Shown: one piece after another, positions 10,015 to 19,639 of the stretch
Layout of the letters: every line of letters starts with the position of its first letter
How positions within the stretch are numbered: the first letter of the stretch is position 1
Source: a virus
IMG/VR virus record: IMGVR_UViG_3300021364_000012
Location: 11,909-75,908 of that record
Reading direction: 5' to 3' (one strand)
Length of the DNA stretch: 64,000 nucleotides
Program-made: the position numbers and the translations under genes
Notes under the pieces: generated by a model
What the model was told of the DNA's origin: nothing
What the model saw: only the letters and a program-made list of their open reading frames with translations
The model's database searches: none

Positions 10015-10063
10015 AAAAGTATTCTTTCTCCACACGACCAATAAAACAAACTACATAGAAAAA

Positions 10064-11164
10064 CTATAAGAGACGCTGTATCAAACTTCTATTTCCTAAG
10101 CCCACCACAGGCTTCTCTAACGTATCTAGCTGAATGCCTTGCCTAGAGATACTCTGAATCGGCGTCACTAAAGGATAATGAAGAAACCAATCTGTTTGTA
10201 ACGTAAAAGAAATAGATGCGGTATAGAAATAATCGTCACCATTATCATCATACACCTCTTCGGCTTCGCCACCGAGAGACACGTCTGAAAGTTCGATCCC
10301 CATCGTAGCCAACCGAGGTCTAAGAGTAGACCAAATCCAAACAGCAGTATTATCCGCAATATCTGCTTGGCTGTGTACATCTCTAGCGATCATATCCAAG
10401 TCTACGCTCACATCCCACCTCCCACCATATTCATGGGCTACCTCTTCCCTTTCCTCCGTCACTATAATCGCCATTTCATCTCCACCTCTAAGTCTACGAC
10501 CAAAGACAATATTAACACCCTCAACGATTTCCCTATAAGCCATAGCAGGGCGTACCTTAAAAGGACCTGTCTGTTCTTTTTTTGAGGTGTAAAGAACCTT
10601 GTAGCTCAAAACTTTAGATGGCTCTTCGAGAAGAGTAACTTTATCCTCCTCAAGAATATACTCTGAAAGACCAAGCGATCTACCTGAAGGATACTCAACC
10701 ACTCTCAAACTGTCTTCTATGGGAAGATCAGAAAGCATTATTTCTGTTTTAGAAATAAAAGTAGGAGAAGACTCTACATTCCTAACATATTTCTGAACAT
10801 ATACGTCATGTTCTCGGACACTAGGGTCTGTGTGATCGGGTTCATAAACAGAAATAATATAAACACCCGGCTCTCTAGGTTTGAATGTGTCCTCTCGCAC
10901 CCACTCTATAGAGCCATATGTTTTGTCGGGAACTTTAGCTAAAGAAACAAAACCTTCCACTGTAGCAATAAAATTGTTTGGGCTGAGAACAACATTGCTC
11001 GCTCCGCTAGTCTTTACAACCATCCCAAACTGAGGACGCTCTTCAAAAGAATATTTCCCCTGTATATTCTTAGCGAAATCCTCATATCTAGGATGGTCTG
11101 ACCAATACGCCCTAAGTTCTCTTATAATACGATCTCTTACTGCAAGTGAAAGGTGGTGGTACAT
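10064..11164 (-). CDS. Putative tail completion/neck protein
   Basis: 366-aa ORF upstream of sheath; C-terminal beta-rich segment (WDVSVDLDMIARD...YTASISFTLQTDW) like tail terminators; call is positional. Confidence 0.45.
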   Translation of the reverse strand: MYHHLSLAVRDRIIRELRAYWSDHPRYEDFAKNIQGKYSFEERPQFGMVVKTSGASNVVLSPNNFIATVEGFVSLAKVPDKTYGSIEWVREDTFKPREPGVYIISVYEPDHTDPSVREHDVYVQKYVRNVESSPTFISKTEIMLSDLPIEDSLRVVEYPSGRSLGLSEYILEEDKVTLLEEPSKVLSYKVLYTSKKEQTGPFKVRPAMAYREIVEGVNIVFGRRLRGGDEMAIIVTEEREEVAHEYGGRWDVSVDLDMIARDVHSQADIADNTAVWIWSTLRPRLATMGIELSDVSLGGEAEEVYDDNGDDYFYTASISFTLQTDWFLHYPLVTPIQSISRQGIQLDTLEKPVVGLGNRSLIQRLL

Positions 11165-11167
11165 ATC

Positions 11168-11377
11168 TTACTCCTCTCTTTTTATGTGCAATTCTAAAGT
11201 ATTATTCTTCATCTTTACATAGATAACACCTTTAAGGTGTTGCTCAGAATAAACTAAGCCCTTCGAGTCTTCGCACAATATCTTTACTGTATCGAAGCCT
11301 TTTGCATGTTGGCTTTCAACTCCTATGTAAATTACAGGTTGCGTTTCTGTACAAGCTTCTTCGTATTTCTTGGGCAT
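11168..11377 (-). CDS. Hypothetical protein
   Basis: 69-aa ORF with AGGAG RBS, abuts next gene. Confidence 0.6.
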   Translation of the reverse strand: MPKKYEEACTETQPVIYIGVESQHAKGFDTVKILCEDSKGLVYSEQHLKGVIYVKMKNNTLELHIKREE

Positions 11378-11380
11378 AGC

Positions 11381-11409
11381 TATTTCTCCTGTCTCACACG
11401 GGAGAAATA
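11381..11409 (-). promoter_or_regulatory. RBS-occluding hairpin
   Basis: TATTTCTCC...GGAGAAATA 9-bp inverted repeat containing the SD of the ORF starting at 11377. Confidence 0.5.
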
Positions 11410-11487
11410 TATAAAGATTTTAAAAAGAAGCCCTCTATGTAGTTTTTTTATAGCTCATAATAGAGGGTAAGAAACACAAAAAAGAAA

Positions 11488-11832
11488 GTGAAAACCATGA
11501 AATCAGTAATTGAAGAACTAGAATCAAGAGTTGCACAGCTAGAAAAACAAGCAAAGGCTGAAAGTGCAGGAGACAAGATAATAAAAGAAACCAAAAAGGA
11601 CCTTGAAGAGATGGAAATGTCTCTTAATATGTGGGGGAAAATTATAGAGGGACATTACACAAAAAACAAAGAGGCATATGGGAGTGAAGGTTCTTCTATG
11701 GAACTTTACATAAACACGCTGACAGGTAGAGGCAAAAGAGACATCCAAATGTCGATTATGAAGTTAATCACAGCCTTAACTGCGGTAAAAGAAGCCTATG
11801 ACCGCATAGACACGGTTGAGAAAAACAAATAA
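11488..11832 (+). CDS. Hypothetical coiled-coil protein, probable virion-associated
   Basis: 114 aa; ELESRVAQLEKQA N-terminus; TAGTTTTTTTAT at 11440-11451. Confidence 0.6.
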   Translation: MKTMKSVIEELESRVAQLEKQAKAESAGDKIIKETKKDLEEMEMSLNMWGKIIEGHYTKNKEAYGSEGSSMELYINTLTGRGKRDIQMSIMKLITALTAVKEAYDRIDTVEKNK

Positions 11833-11856
11833 GAAGGACACTCTATTGGCTTCATT

Positions 11857-14766
11857 TTAGGGTGTCACGGCATCTACAAAGATACCTAAAGCCTTTGCCC
11901 AATTCTTACGCTTATATCTCTTGAGACTCACCCAAAAAGGACGATCTGAAACCCATTTGCGTATCTCGCTATTGAGCTTATCCGCACTAACCTTACGCCT
12001 CTTAAATTCTGTGACCTCATCGAGGAGGCGAGAGTAAAACTCAATGTCATCCAAAGCATGAATAGAAATCAGCTCGGAGTCCATACCCTCTCTCGCATAC
12101 TGTACTCTTAACTCTTTCTGTTTCTGTTTCATATCCAAACGAAACTTTTTTCCTCTTGTTTGACCTGGTAACCCTGCTTCCTCTATGTTCGCTTTGTTAG
12201 CGTAATGCTGTTGCATGGCGTGGACTAGCTCATGTCCTGCTATCGTTTCCCGATCTTGTAGATACCTGAGAGGGAGTTCAGTCATATTCTTGAGAACATT
12301 AAAGATGATGTGGTGAATACCATCCCAATAATAGTTAGCTGCACCATGTGAGGACTCTTGAAGATGCACTGCGATTAAACCTAGTTCATCATCTTCAATG
12401 TAGTATCTACCTCCGTCTTTAACCTTGTACTTTGACAGTCGCTCAACCGCTTCTAGGTAATCATCACGCATTATGGCGAGGATGTATTTCTTATCCCCTG
12501 TTGTCCATTTTTTAAGCTCACGAATTATTTCGATTTGCATGTCTGAGATCGTCCCAATGAGAGCCTTATTCCCTCTTGGGTTATTAAAGATGCTCTGTGC
12601 ATCAAGTTGATCTACTTTTGCCTTAAGCTTATAGAAATCAGGGTAGGTAAGATTTGCAGACTTTAACTGATCTGCTATTTCTGAAAACGCACGTTGTGCG
12701 TTATTTACTTGGAAGATGACCTCTTCCTCATCATGCTCACCTCTTTTGACCCCAAGGGGTAGGTATCCAAGGTCTTCAAGTATCCATTCAAGACCCTCAA
12801 CGGACTCAGCGTTCAGCCCCCCTTTGGAGCTATCCTCTTTTTCCCTTCTAAGCCAGTATTGGGCGAGTAAGCCTTTACCTATTTCTGATACTTGGTCGAT
12901 GAGATGTTGTGGGGGTCTGATTAATCCTGCTTTTCTTAAAGGAGAGCCGTTGTTCTCAAAACCACTGTCATAAGGTATGACTCTAGCAGAACCGCTACCA
13001 CTATCATGCACATAACCTAAATCTAAGTTATTAGCGGGCTTTCTGCCATTAGCCTCTGACTTGTCAAGATTACGATACTTCAAGTTCGGAGAGTCGGGGG
13101 AAGGTCTGCCAATATTTCTAGCAGTGTCTCCATTCGGTAAAGAGCTTCTGTTTTTACCTTTAGGATTCTCTGAATCTCCGACAGGAGTCCCTGTCGTAAA
13201 GCTAGAAAGAGAGTCGGGTGGCGAGACTTCCCTATAGAACTCAGCTCTCTTATTGATTTTACTATTTCTCTCATAGAGCCGTTTAGCTAGTAGAACACCT
13301 GCCTCATTATCTGAATAATAATGGACTCCACGATCTATCCGAGACTGTGCCACCATATTTGCCACCTCTAATAACTCTCGCCTTAAAGAGGGGTATTTCT
13401 CAGATAGCAAATAAGCAACATAATACGCCTGTGTCGTATGTCCACTAGGATATGAAGGAGTCTGTGCTGACTCTAAGTAGTCAAACTTAAAGTCAAAACC
13501 GTACATTTGTGCGAGCACGTTTGGTCGAACGACGTTGAAATAGTTTTTATGGGAATAAATAATATCTGATATTTCTTCCATAGTATTTCTAATAGTAACA
13601 GCGTCCTCTGAAATACCATATTCACTTAAAAGAGAAGAAAAAAGATACTCTGATTTCTGATCTAAAAAGTAACGGAGACTCTCGGAGTTATATTTATTCT
13701 CATATTGATGAGAGATTAAAGGCAACTCACTGAGTAAATACTCATAAGTAGGTGGGCTAGGGATCAAAATCTCAGTAAGATTCGCCTTCTTCTTCTTGAT
13801 CTCTTTAGCCTCCTCACTAAAAGTCGGAGTGTTAACAGGCTTTTGCCCACGATGTTTAGCCTCTTCCCTCCTCTTATTCTTAGCAAGCTCTGCCCTTTCT
13901 TCTTTGGGCATCCCGTATGCTTTTTCTCTTGGCATACATTTGAGGGGTTTCTTTCCGTTGCTTGTAACAGTAGCCCATTCTTTCGTACTAGACACGCCGC
14001 ATGGGCCAACAATGTCACCTGGTTCATACTCTTTCTCGTCTCCGTCTTTTTTCTTAACAGTGTGTTTGATTGGAGTGATAGCGATCCAATCCCCCCAAGT
14101 AGCTCGCTCATCGGGTTTACCACCACCATGCCCCGAGAACCAAGTATCTAAGCCACCATGCCCCGTATTTTTCATTTTAGAGTCATCTCGCTTCGACACC
14201 TTCAAGTATCGAGAAACAATTTTAGTACCCATATCTTGACTCTTAGAGCCTGTTTTGCCCCCATAGCAGTCAACATATGGACGACAAGAAGCCTTCTCTG
14301 AGAACCCCATGTCCTCACAACTCTTAGACTCACAATGCTCTCTATCCCACTTACGAGGCATCTTGTACGAGGTGTCTTTCCCCGAAGAGTTCTTTCTCAG
14401 AGAAGGATTTCTGAGCATGGTATCTCTTGTCCTGAAATCCTTGTTCCTACCCTTGTTAGGCTTGAACCCAAATCTCCTATAAAATTTAGTCAAACGAGAC
14501 ACCGAACTAGCACCAAAGTCTGTGGAGGGAGAAAGAGATAACATAACCCCATTATCATCTGCCCAAGAGATAATCTGAGACATAACCTCTGAGCCTAAGC
14601 CTCGTTTTCGGTTTTCAGAGGGAATCTGAACTGTCATGATCCTGACGATAGGGGCGTGATATTCATCGCCACTCGATAGGAAAGAAGTCCATAAGACAAG
14701 ACCCTGATATTGGCTCTCTAAGTTACCTTCTAGTGTCTTTAGCGATTGCTCTAAAGTAGGCGACAT
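11857..14766 (-). CDS. Multidomain (polyvalent) protein: GNAT acetyltransferase, Cys-rich modules, PAP2 phosphatase, zincin metallopeptidase-like
   Basis: RKRGLGS..LTKFYRRFGF (GNAT); RP...TPSYPSGH...SRIDRGVHYYSD (PAP2); GHELVHAMQ (HExxH). Confidence 0.8.
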   Translation of the reverse strand: MSPTLEQSLKTLEGNLESQYQGLVLWTSFLSSGDEYHAPIVRIMTVQIPSENRKRGLGSEVMSQIISWADDNGVMLSLSPSTDFGASSVSRLTKFYRRFGFKPNKGRNKDFRTRDTMLRNPSLRKNSSGKDTSYKMPRKWDREHCESKSCEDMGFSEKASCRPYVDCYGGKTGSKSQDMGTKIVSRYLKVSKRDDSKMKNTGHGGLDTWFSGHGGGKPDERATWGDWIAITPIKHTVKKKDGDEKEYEPGDIVGPCGVSSTKEWATVTSNGKKPLKCMPREKAYGMPKEERAELAKNKRREEAKHRGQKPVNTPTFSEEAKEIKKKKANLTEILIPSPPTYEYLLSELPLISHQYENKYNSESLRYFLDQKSEYLFSSLLSEYGISEDAVTIRNTMEEISDIIYSHKNYFNVVRPNVLAQMYGFDFKFDYLESAQTPSYPSGHTTQAYYVAYLLSEKYPSLRRELLEVANMVAQSRIDRGVHYYSDNEAGVLLAKRLYERNSKINKRAEFYREVSPPDSLSSFTTGTPVGDSENPKGKNRSSLPNGDTARNIGRPSPDSPNLKYRNLDKSEANGRKPANNLDLGYVHDSGSGSARVIPYDSGFENNGSPLRKAGLIRPPQHLIDQVSEIGKGLLAQYWLRREKEDSSKGGLNAESVEGLEWILEDLGYLPLGVKRGEHDEEEVIFQVNNAQRAFSEIADQLKSANLTYPDFYKLKAKVDQLDAQSIFNNPRGNKALIGTISDMQIEIIRELKKWTTGDKKYILAIMRDDYLEAVERLSKYKVKDGGRYYIEDDELGLIAVHLQESSHGAANYYWDGIHHIIFNVLKNMTELPLRYLQDRETIAGHELVHAMQQHYANKANIEEAGLPGQTRGKKFRLDMKQKQKELRVQYAREGMDSELISIHALDDIEFYSRLLDEVTEFKRRKVSADKLNSEIRKWVSDRPFWVSLKRYKRKNWAKALGIFVDAVTP

Positions 14767-14768
14767 GA

Positions 14769-16730
14769 CTACCCTCTCAACCTTTGTCTGAGAAGATAAA
14801 CATTCGTCTCATGAGCTGAAGCTAAAGACATGATGAAATCGTCCATCCCTAAAGAAAGAGTCTCTTGCTGTTGAAGGTAGTCGTAAACTCTCTTAAACAC
14901 CTTCTGAAGTGCCTCTTCCACAAACAACGCTCTTAAAATAGGATGATCTTGAGATTGCATCTCTACAATAGGAAGTAAAGCATTTGCCATAATCTGAGCT
15001 TGATCTACAGGAGCCACTGCTTCTGGACCATAAGAACCGACTATCTTTTCTGCAAGAGTGTCTATTTCTTCCACAAGTCCTGTGTAGAGTCTTTCCATAA
15101 GAAGGTGATCACCATAGTAAGGAGAGCCTTTAACTTGCCAATGTGATGTCCAATGTGCCCAATGAGCACCACGAAGACAAGCTAGAAATATCTGAAGGGC
15201 AGTTAGACTGTTCATTGGCATACTCGCTTTCTTTTTTCTCCACTTACCACCTAGTCGCTTATATTCTTTGGCGGCGTATCCATTCGCATAAGCACTAGGA
15301 TAAGTCTCAAAACCTTCACCACCCTTTACAGGTTGAGAACACTCTCCATTCTTACATACCTCTTTAGAACGATCTCCTCGAACTAAGTCGAGAATGTCTT
15401 CCCAAAGGTCAGGGTCGATAGGCTCATTGTCTCCTGCGGTTCGCATAGAGAAATAATCTGAAAGACTCTCAACATATATTTCTTCGAGCATCTTCTCTTG
15501 GTTTGGTTCTTGCCAATCCACAAAAGCAAAGAAATGAGAAAGAGGCATCTCTAAGTAACCTACCTCAGAACCCATAGAAATAATATTTTGAATTGGGTTT
15601 AAATGATACAAAACCACATCGCAACCTAAAACCTTACATGAGATGTTGAGCAACATCTGTAAATCTGAAGCTCTGCGAGTTCCTGGTCTTTTGTATCGCT
15701 TAAGTGTATTCTTGTGCTTTCTTCTCCAACTTTTAACTCTTCGCTTAATCTTAGATTTGTTTTTTCTATAGTAAGCTCTAGCTCTTCTTCTAGCCTGTTG
15801 AATAGAGCCACCTGTTTGTCTCTTTCTTTTTGCTCTCTGCCTCTGCTGTTTAGGTCTCGAACGACTACCCGGACCTTTCTTGTAAATAGCACCTGCATCT
15901 ATTTCTTCAGAGAATTTAACCTCTGAGGTTCCTTCTAAAGGAACCAAAACTTCTTTATACATCGCAGACATGACATCAAGAACAGCCTGTTTCTTCATTT
16001 CCTCAAACAACATATAACTAGCCTTTCTTTTATTTCTCATATCTTTATTCTTTTTAGCAGGCGAAGAATATCCACCACCTTCGTATCTCTTATATCTTTC
16101 AGGAGATTGCCTTCTTCTTTTCTGATACATAAGAATACGTCTTTTATTTCTTCGGTAGTATCGTCTTCTTTGTTGTATTTGCTTACTACGATTTGTACGC
16201 ATAACTTTCTTGCGATAAAGATCGTAAATCCTTCTGACTCTGCCTTTTGTTTTGCGTTGTCTTCTTTTAGGAGGACGAATATTTATTTTTCCACGACCTG
16301 TATAAGCACTTTCTATTTCTGAAGAAAGAACTCTTCTTTTCAGTCCTGTGGACTGAGATTGATCTATATGTGGGTTTCCGTATTCATCTCCAGGAACTCC
16401 CGAAGACCTTGGTCTTTTATGTAAGGGCTTTCCATCAGGATGGTCAGAAATAGCAAACTCACTCTTGGGCTTTTTATTCGTATTCCCTGCTGAGTCTGAA
16501 GGCACATTATGTATAGGAGGACCAGCTCTTTGCTCGTCTCTACCTTTCGGATGACCACTCGGTAAAGGTAAGACTCGATCTCTTTGAGGTTCACCATCAG
16601 CGTAGTCTGGACGACTTGGGTCAGGACTAGAAGAGTCTTCTTGAAGACCGTCTTGACGGTTCTTCTCTACCCAAGTCTTCACCCCTGCTAAATCTTGAAA
16701 GGGCTGACTATGTGAATAACTGCGATCCAT
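14769..16730 (-). CDS. Multidomain protein with Arg-rich segments and C-terminal Dps/ferritin-like domain
   Basis: HWTSHWQVKG..YGDHLLM...EEIDTLAEK Dps ferroxidase signature; RRYYRRNK-type basic tracts; YPSAYANG..KEYKRLGGKW module. Confidence 0.75.
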   Translation of the reverse strand: MDRSYSHSQPFQDLAGVKTWVEKNRQDGLQEDSSSPDPSRPDYADGEPQRDRVLPLPSGHPKGRDEQRAGPPIHNVPSDSAGNTNKKPKSEFAISDHPDGKPLHKRPRSSGVPGDEYGNPHIDQSQSTGLKRRVLSSEIESAYTGRGKINIRPPKRRQRKTKGRVRRIYDLYRKKVMRTNRSKQIQQRRRYYRRNKRRILMYQKRRRQSPERYKRYEGGGYSSPAKKNKDMRNKRKASYMLFEEMKKQAVLDVMSAMYKEVLVPLEGTSEVKFSEEIDAGAIYKKGPGSRSRPKQQRQRAKRKRQTGGSIQQARRRARAYYRKNKSKIKRRVKSWRRKHKNTLKRYKRPGTRRASDLQMLLNISCKVLGCDVVLYHLNPIQNIISMGSEVGYLEMPLSHFFAFVDWQEPNQEKMLEEIYVESLSDYFSMRTAGDNEPIDPDLWEDILDLVRGDRSKEVCKNGECSQPVKGGEGFETYPSAYANGYAAKEYKRLGGKWRKKKASMPMNSLTALQIFLACLRGAHWAHWTSHWQVKGSPYYGDHLLMERLYTGLVEEIDTLAEKIVGSYGPEAVAPVDQAQIMANALLPIVEMQSQDHPILRALFVEEALQKVFKRVYDYLQQQETLSLGMDDFIMSLASAHETNVYLLRQRLRG

Positions 16731-16778
16731 TTAGAACTCCTCACTCCAACACTTGAAGTAAAGAGTTTTATCAATAAA

Positions 16779-17054
16779 CTACAACTCTAAAGTTTCAAAC
16801 TCGGAGTTAGAAATATAAACGGGAGTGTGTTTCCCGACATATGACCCTAAAATATTAAAGTCAAAGTGCTCTACTGCCATAGTATAAGCATCTTCTTCAG
16901 AAATACCTTCCTCTCCTGAAAATATTTCTTTTTGTAGATGTTCTAAAATCTTATCTTTATCATAAGCTACAACATGTCCGTCTATAGAATAGCAGAGTCC
17001 TATAATCATAGAGTCAAAAACAGATCGTGGTTCTAAAAACATTAAATTTTCCAA
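16779..17054 (-). CDS. Conserved phage hypothetical protein
   Basis: FDSMIIG...VVAYD...HFDFNILGSYVGKHTP pattern common in phage small proteins. Confidence 0.65.
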   Translation of the reverse strand: MENLMFLEPRSVFDSMIIGLCYSIDGHVVAYDKDKILEHLQKEIFSGEEGISEEDAYTMAVEHFDFNILGSYVGKHTPVYISNSEFETLEL

Positions 17055-17068
17055 GGGAAGTACTCGCT

Positions 17069-17347
17069 ATGAAAGATTATGTAAAAAAAAGAGCAGACAA
17101 AATATACAATGAAATATCTTCTGCAAAAAAACAATGGATTACCTTAATATACCCAAGCGAATCTTATAATAGCAAAAAAGGCTACGAGCTTTGGGTAGAA
17201 GACTATAAAGAAAACGTACTCATAATAAAATGCGACTTTGAAGAAACATACTTAATCCAATATGAGATGGTGGAAATAAGAATGTACTCTTTTGATACAG
17301 TCCTGAAGTTCCTAGACATCATTATACTCGAAGGGAAAATCATTTGA
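17069..17347 (+). CDS. Hypothetical protein
   Basis: ORF overlapping next gene start; AGGGA RBS before ATG 17069. Confidence 0.55.
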   Translation: MKDYVKKRADKIYNEISSAKKQWITLIYPSESYNSKKGYELWVEDYKENVLIIKCDFEETYLIQYEMVEIRMYSFDTVLKFLDIIILEGKII

Positions 17348-17565
17348 GTGATTACGAAAAAATAGACCATCCAGATCATTATCAAGGCGTAAATATGGAA
17401 GCCATTGATGTGATAGAACAGTATAATCTTAACTTCTCATTAGGGTCGGCTCTTAAATATATTTTAAGAGCAGGAAAGAAACCTAATGAGAAAGCATCTG
17501 AAGACCTCAAGAAAGCAGTATGGTATCTCCAAAGGGAGATAAGCAGAAAAGGAGAAAGCAATTGA
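17344..17565 (+). CDS. DUF3310-like protein (T7 gp1.7/SaV-like family)
   Basis: DHPDHY..EAID..LNFSLG.ALKY..RAGKK...EDL.KA.WYL. Confidence 0.8.
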   Translation: MSDYEKIDHPDHYQGVNMEAIDVIEQYNLNFSLGSALKYILRAGKKPNEKASEDLKKAVWYLQREISRKGESN

Positions 17566-18581
17566 ACTACATTGCAGAATACTTATGGATTGACGGGGGG
17601 AACCCAACATCAAGAATAAGGTCTAAGACCAAAGTTTTTGAGACAGACAAAGAATTAAGCTTAGAGGTTTTCCCTGAGTGGTCTTTTGATGGCTCTTCTA
17701 CAGAACAAGCAGTAGGAAATAACTCAGACTGCGTTCTAAGACCTGTGTTCTTTTGTTTCGATCCTACAAGGAAGGGAGTCAACACTGTCATCGTCCTATG
17801 TGAAGTGTACGATGTAGATGGAAACCCACACCCTTCAAACCATCGAGCTAAGTTAAGAGAGACTCTTAACCAAAAGCCTAACCTCGACGCTTGGGTAGGT
17901 TTTGAACAAGAATACACTCTATTTCTTGGATCAAGACCTTTAGGATTTCCTTCAGAAAGAAGATTCCCTCCCGCACAAGGTCCTTATTATTGTGGCGTTG
18001 GTGCAGATGAAGTATCTGGAAGAGAACTTGTAGAAGAGCACCTCAACGCATGTATTTCTGCTGAAATACCAATCACAGGGATCAATGCTGAAGTGATGCC
18101 GGGTCAGTGGGAGTTTCAAATCGGAGGACCTGGAGTAGACCCACTTACAGGTTCAGATTGTCTATGGGTGGCTCGTTGGTTGCTCTATAGACTTGGAGAG
18201 AAATACAATATTTCTGCGACTCTCGAACCTAAGCCCGTGACTGGAGATTGGAACGGTGCAGGTATGCACACAAATTTCTCAACAGAGTCTACAAGAGCAG
18301 AAGGAGGTCTTTCAGTGATAGAGCAAATCATGCACACCATGAAAGAAAGAATCTCTGAACACCTTGCAGAATACGGAGAAGGTTACGAAATACGTCTCAC
18401 CGGCAAGCATGAGACTTGTCGATATGACGAGTTTAAATGGGGAGTGTCAGACAGAACTGCGTCTGTAAGAATCCCCGTGACCACATCCAAAGAAGGAAAA
18501 GGCTACTTTGAAGATAGAAGACCCAACGCCAACGCAGACCCATACAGAGTCGCTAGAGTTATCGTTGAGTCCTCTAAATAA
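17562..18581 (+). CDS. glnII: Glutamine synthetase type II
   Basis: AEYLWIDG, PEWSFDGSSTEQA, GFEQEY, NAEVMPGQWEFQIG, DWNGAGMHTNFST, YFEDRRP; TTG start at 17562 after GGAG, overlapping the previous stop. Confidence 0.93.
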   Translation: MNYIAEYLWIDGGNPTSRIRSKTKVFETDKELSLEVFPEWSFDGSSTEQAVGNNSDCVLRPVFFCFDPTRKGVNTVIVLCEVYDVDGNPHPSNHRAKLRETLNQKPNLDAWVGFEQEYTLFLGSRPLGFPSERRFPPAQGPYYCGVGADEVSGRELVEEHLNACISAEIPITGINAEVMPGQWEFQIGGPGVDPLTGSDCLWVARWLLYRLGEKYNISATLEPKPVTGDWNGAGMHTNFSTESTRAEGGLSVIEQIMHTMKERISEHLAEYGEGYEIRLTGKHETCRYDEFKWGVSDRTASVRIPVTTSKEGKGYFEDRRPNANADPYRVARVIVESSK

Positions 18582-18584
18582 GAA

Positions 18585-19550
18585 TCAAAGTTCAGCAAGA
18601 GCCTTGTCAATCGCTTTAACGACACCCTGAGACTCTACTTCTTTAATAGCATCTAAAATCTCAGAGTGGCTTGCATATCTCTCCACTGCGATCTTTGCTC
18701 TCTTAGACCAATGTGGAGACATATCCCAATCTACACCTACAGGTAAAGAGACTACCTTAGACTCGTCTGCCCCAATCGTCACAGCACCTTGAGTCGGGCT
18801 AACGTCCCCATCAATTGCTTGTAACAACTGAGCGTCCTCTACTTGTTGTGCGTCAGGAGTAGACATACTCTCTAAGAGTCCGTCAATAGCCTCGTCTGAT
18901 ACCTCAACGCTATCCGAAACTTCTGCTTCTTCTGCCGAAGCAGTCTTAACGACAGGAGAAACCTCTACAGCATCTTCAACTTGTTGTACTACAGGGAACT
19001 CTTCTCGGGCAGTCACATTGGCAGAAATACTATCGAGCTTGTTGATCTCAGAACTCGCTTGGTTCCCATCTGAGATTACAGTCTTAACCTTAGATGAAGT
19101 CTTTAGAGAAATAGCAATCTCTTCACCCTCAGAAGCAGAAGGAGCATCACTCGCAATGGTAGCTCCACTCTTATTCTCAATCTTTGCAACAGGGATAATA
19201 TCATCCTCTTGTTGCTCAACCACAACCTGAAACTTCTTCTTCTCAGGGGTAGCCTCTTTCTTAATCTCAGAGACGGCTCTCTCTTCGTCATAGACTTTCT
19301 GAACCGCCATCTTCGGCTTTTCTTCCACAGGTTGCTCTTGTGGAAGAGCAGAAGAACCGTCAAAAATCTTCAACCAACCACGCTTCACACCTGCCTTCAG
19401 CTCTGGCATCTGAACAGTCTGACCAAACACCTTAACCTCAAAACCATCGAACTCCACAACATCATCTTTTGAGAGATTCTTTTCGATTTTCCCAAGATGA
19501 ATAGTCGTAGTTGCGACTAATTTTACAAAGTTACCTTTTTGAAACGACAT
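18585..19550 (-). CDS. Hypothetical acidic protein
   Basis: 321-aa ORF, AGGAG RBS, low-complexity E/S/A-rich middle. Confidence 0.7.
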   Translation of the reverse strand: MSFQKGNFVKLVATTTIHLGKIEKNLSKDDVVEFDGFEVKVFGQTVQMPELKAGVKRGWLKIFDGSSALPQEQPVEEKPKMAVQKVYDEERAVSEIKKEATPEKKKFQVVVEQQEDDIIPVAKIENKSGATIASDAPSASEGEEIAISLKTSSKVKTVISDGNQASSEINKLDSISANVTAREEFPVVQQVEDAVEVSPVVKTASAEEAEVSDSVEVSDEAIDGLLESMSTPDAQQVEDAQLLQAIDGDVSPTQGAVTIGADESKVVSLPVGVDWDMSPHWSKRAKIAVERYASHSEILDAIKEVESQGVVKAIDKALAEL

Positions 19551-19639
19551 ATTTCTTTACTCCTATGGAACGTGTACTAGACCATACCGATTAAAAGATA
19601 TAAAAGAACCATAAATGTAATTCAAACAGGAAAGAAACT

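Noticed and set aside
4817-11164. Bacterial contractile injection system or tailocin
   Set aside because: Head, packaging and replication genes are present, indicating a complete phage
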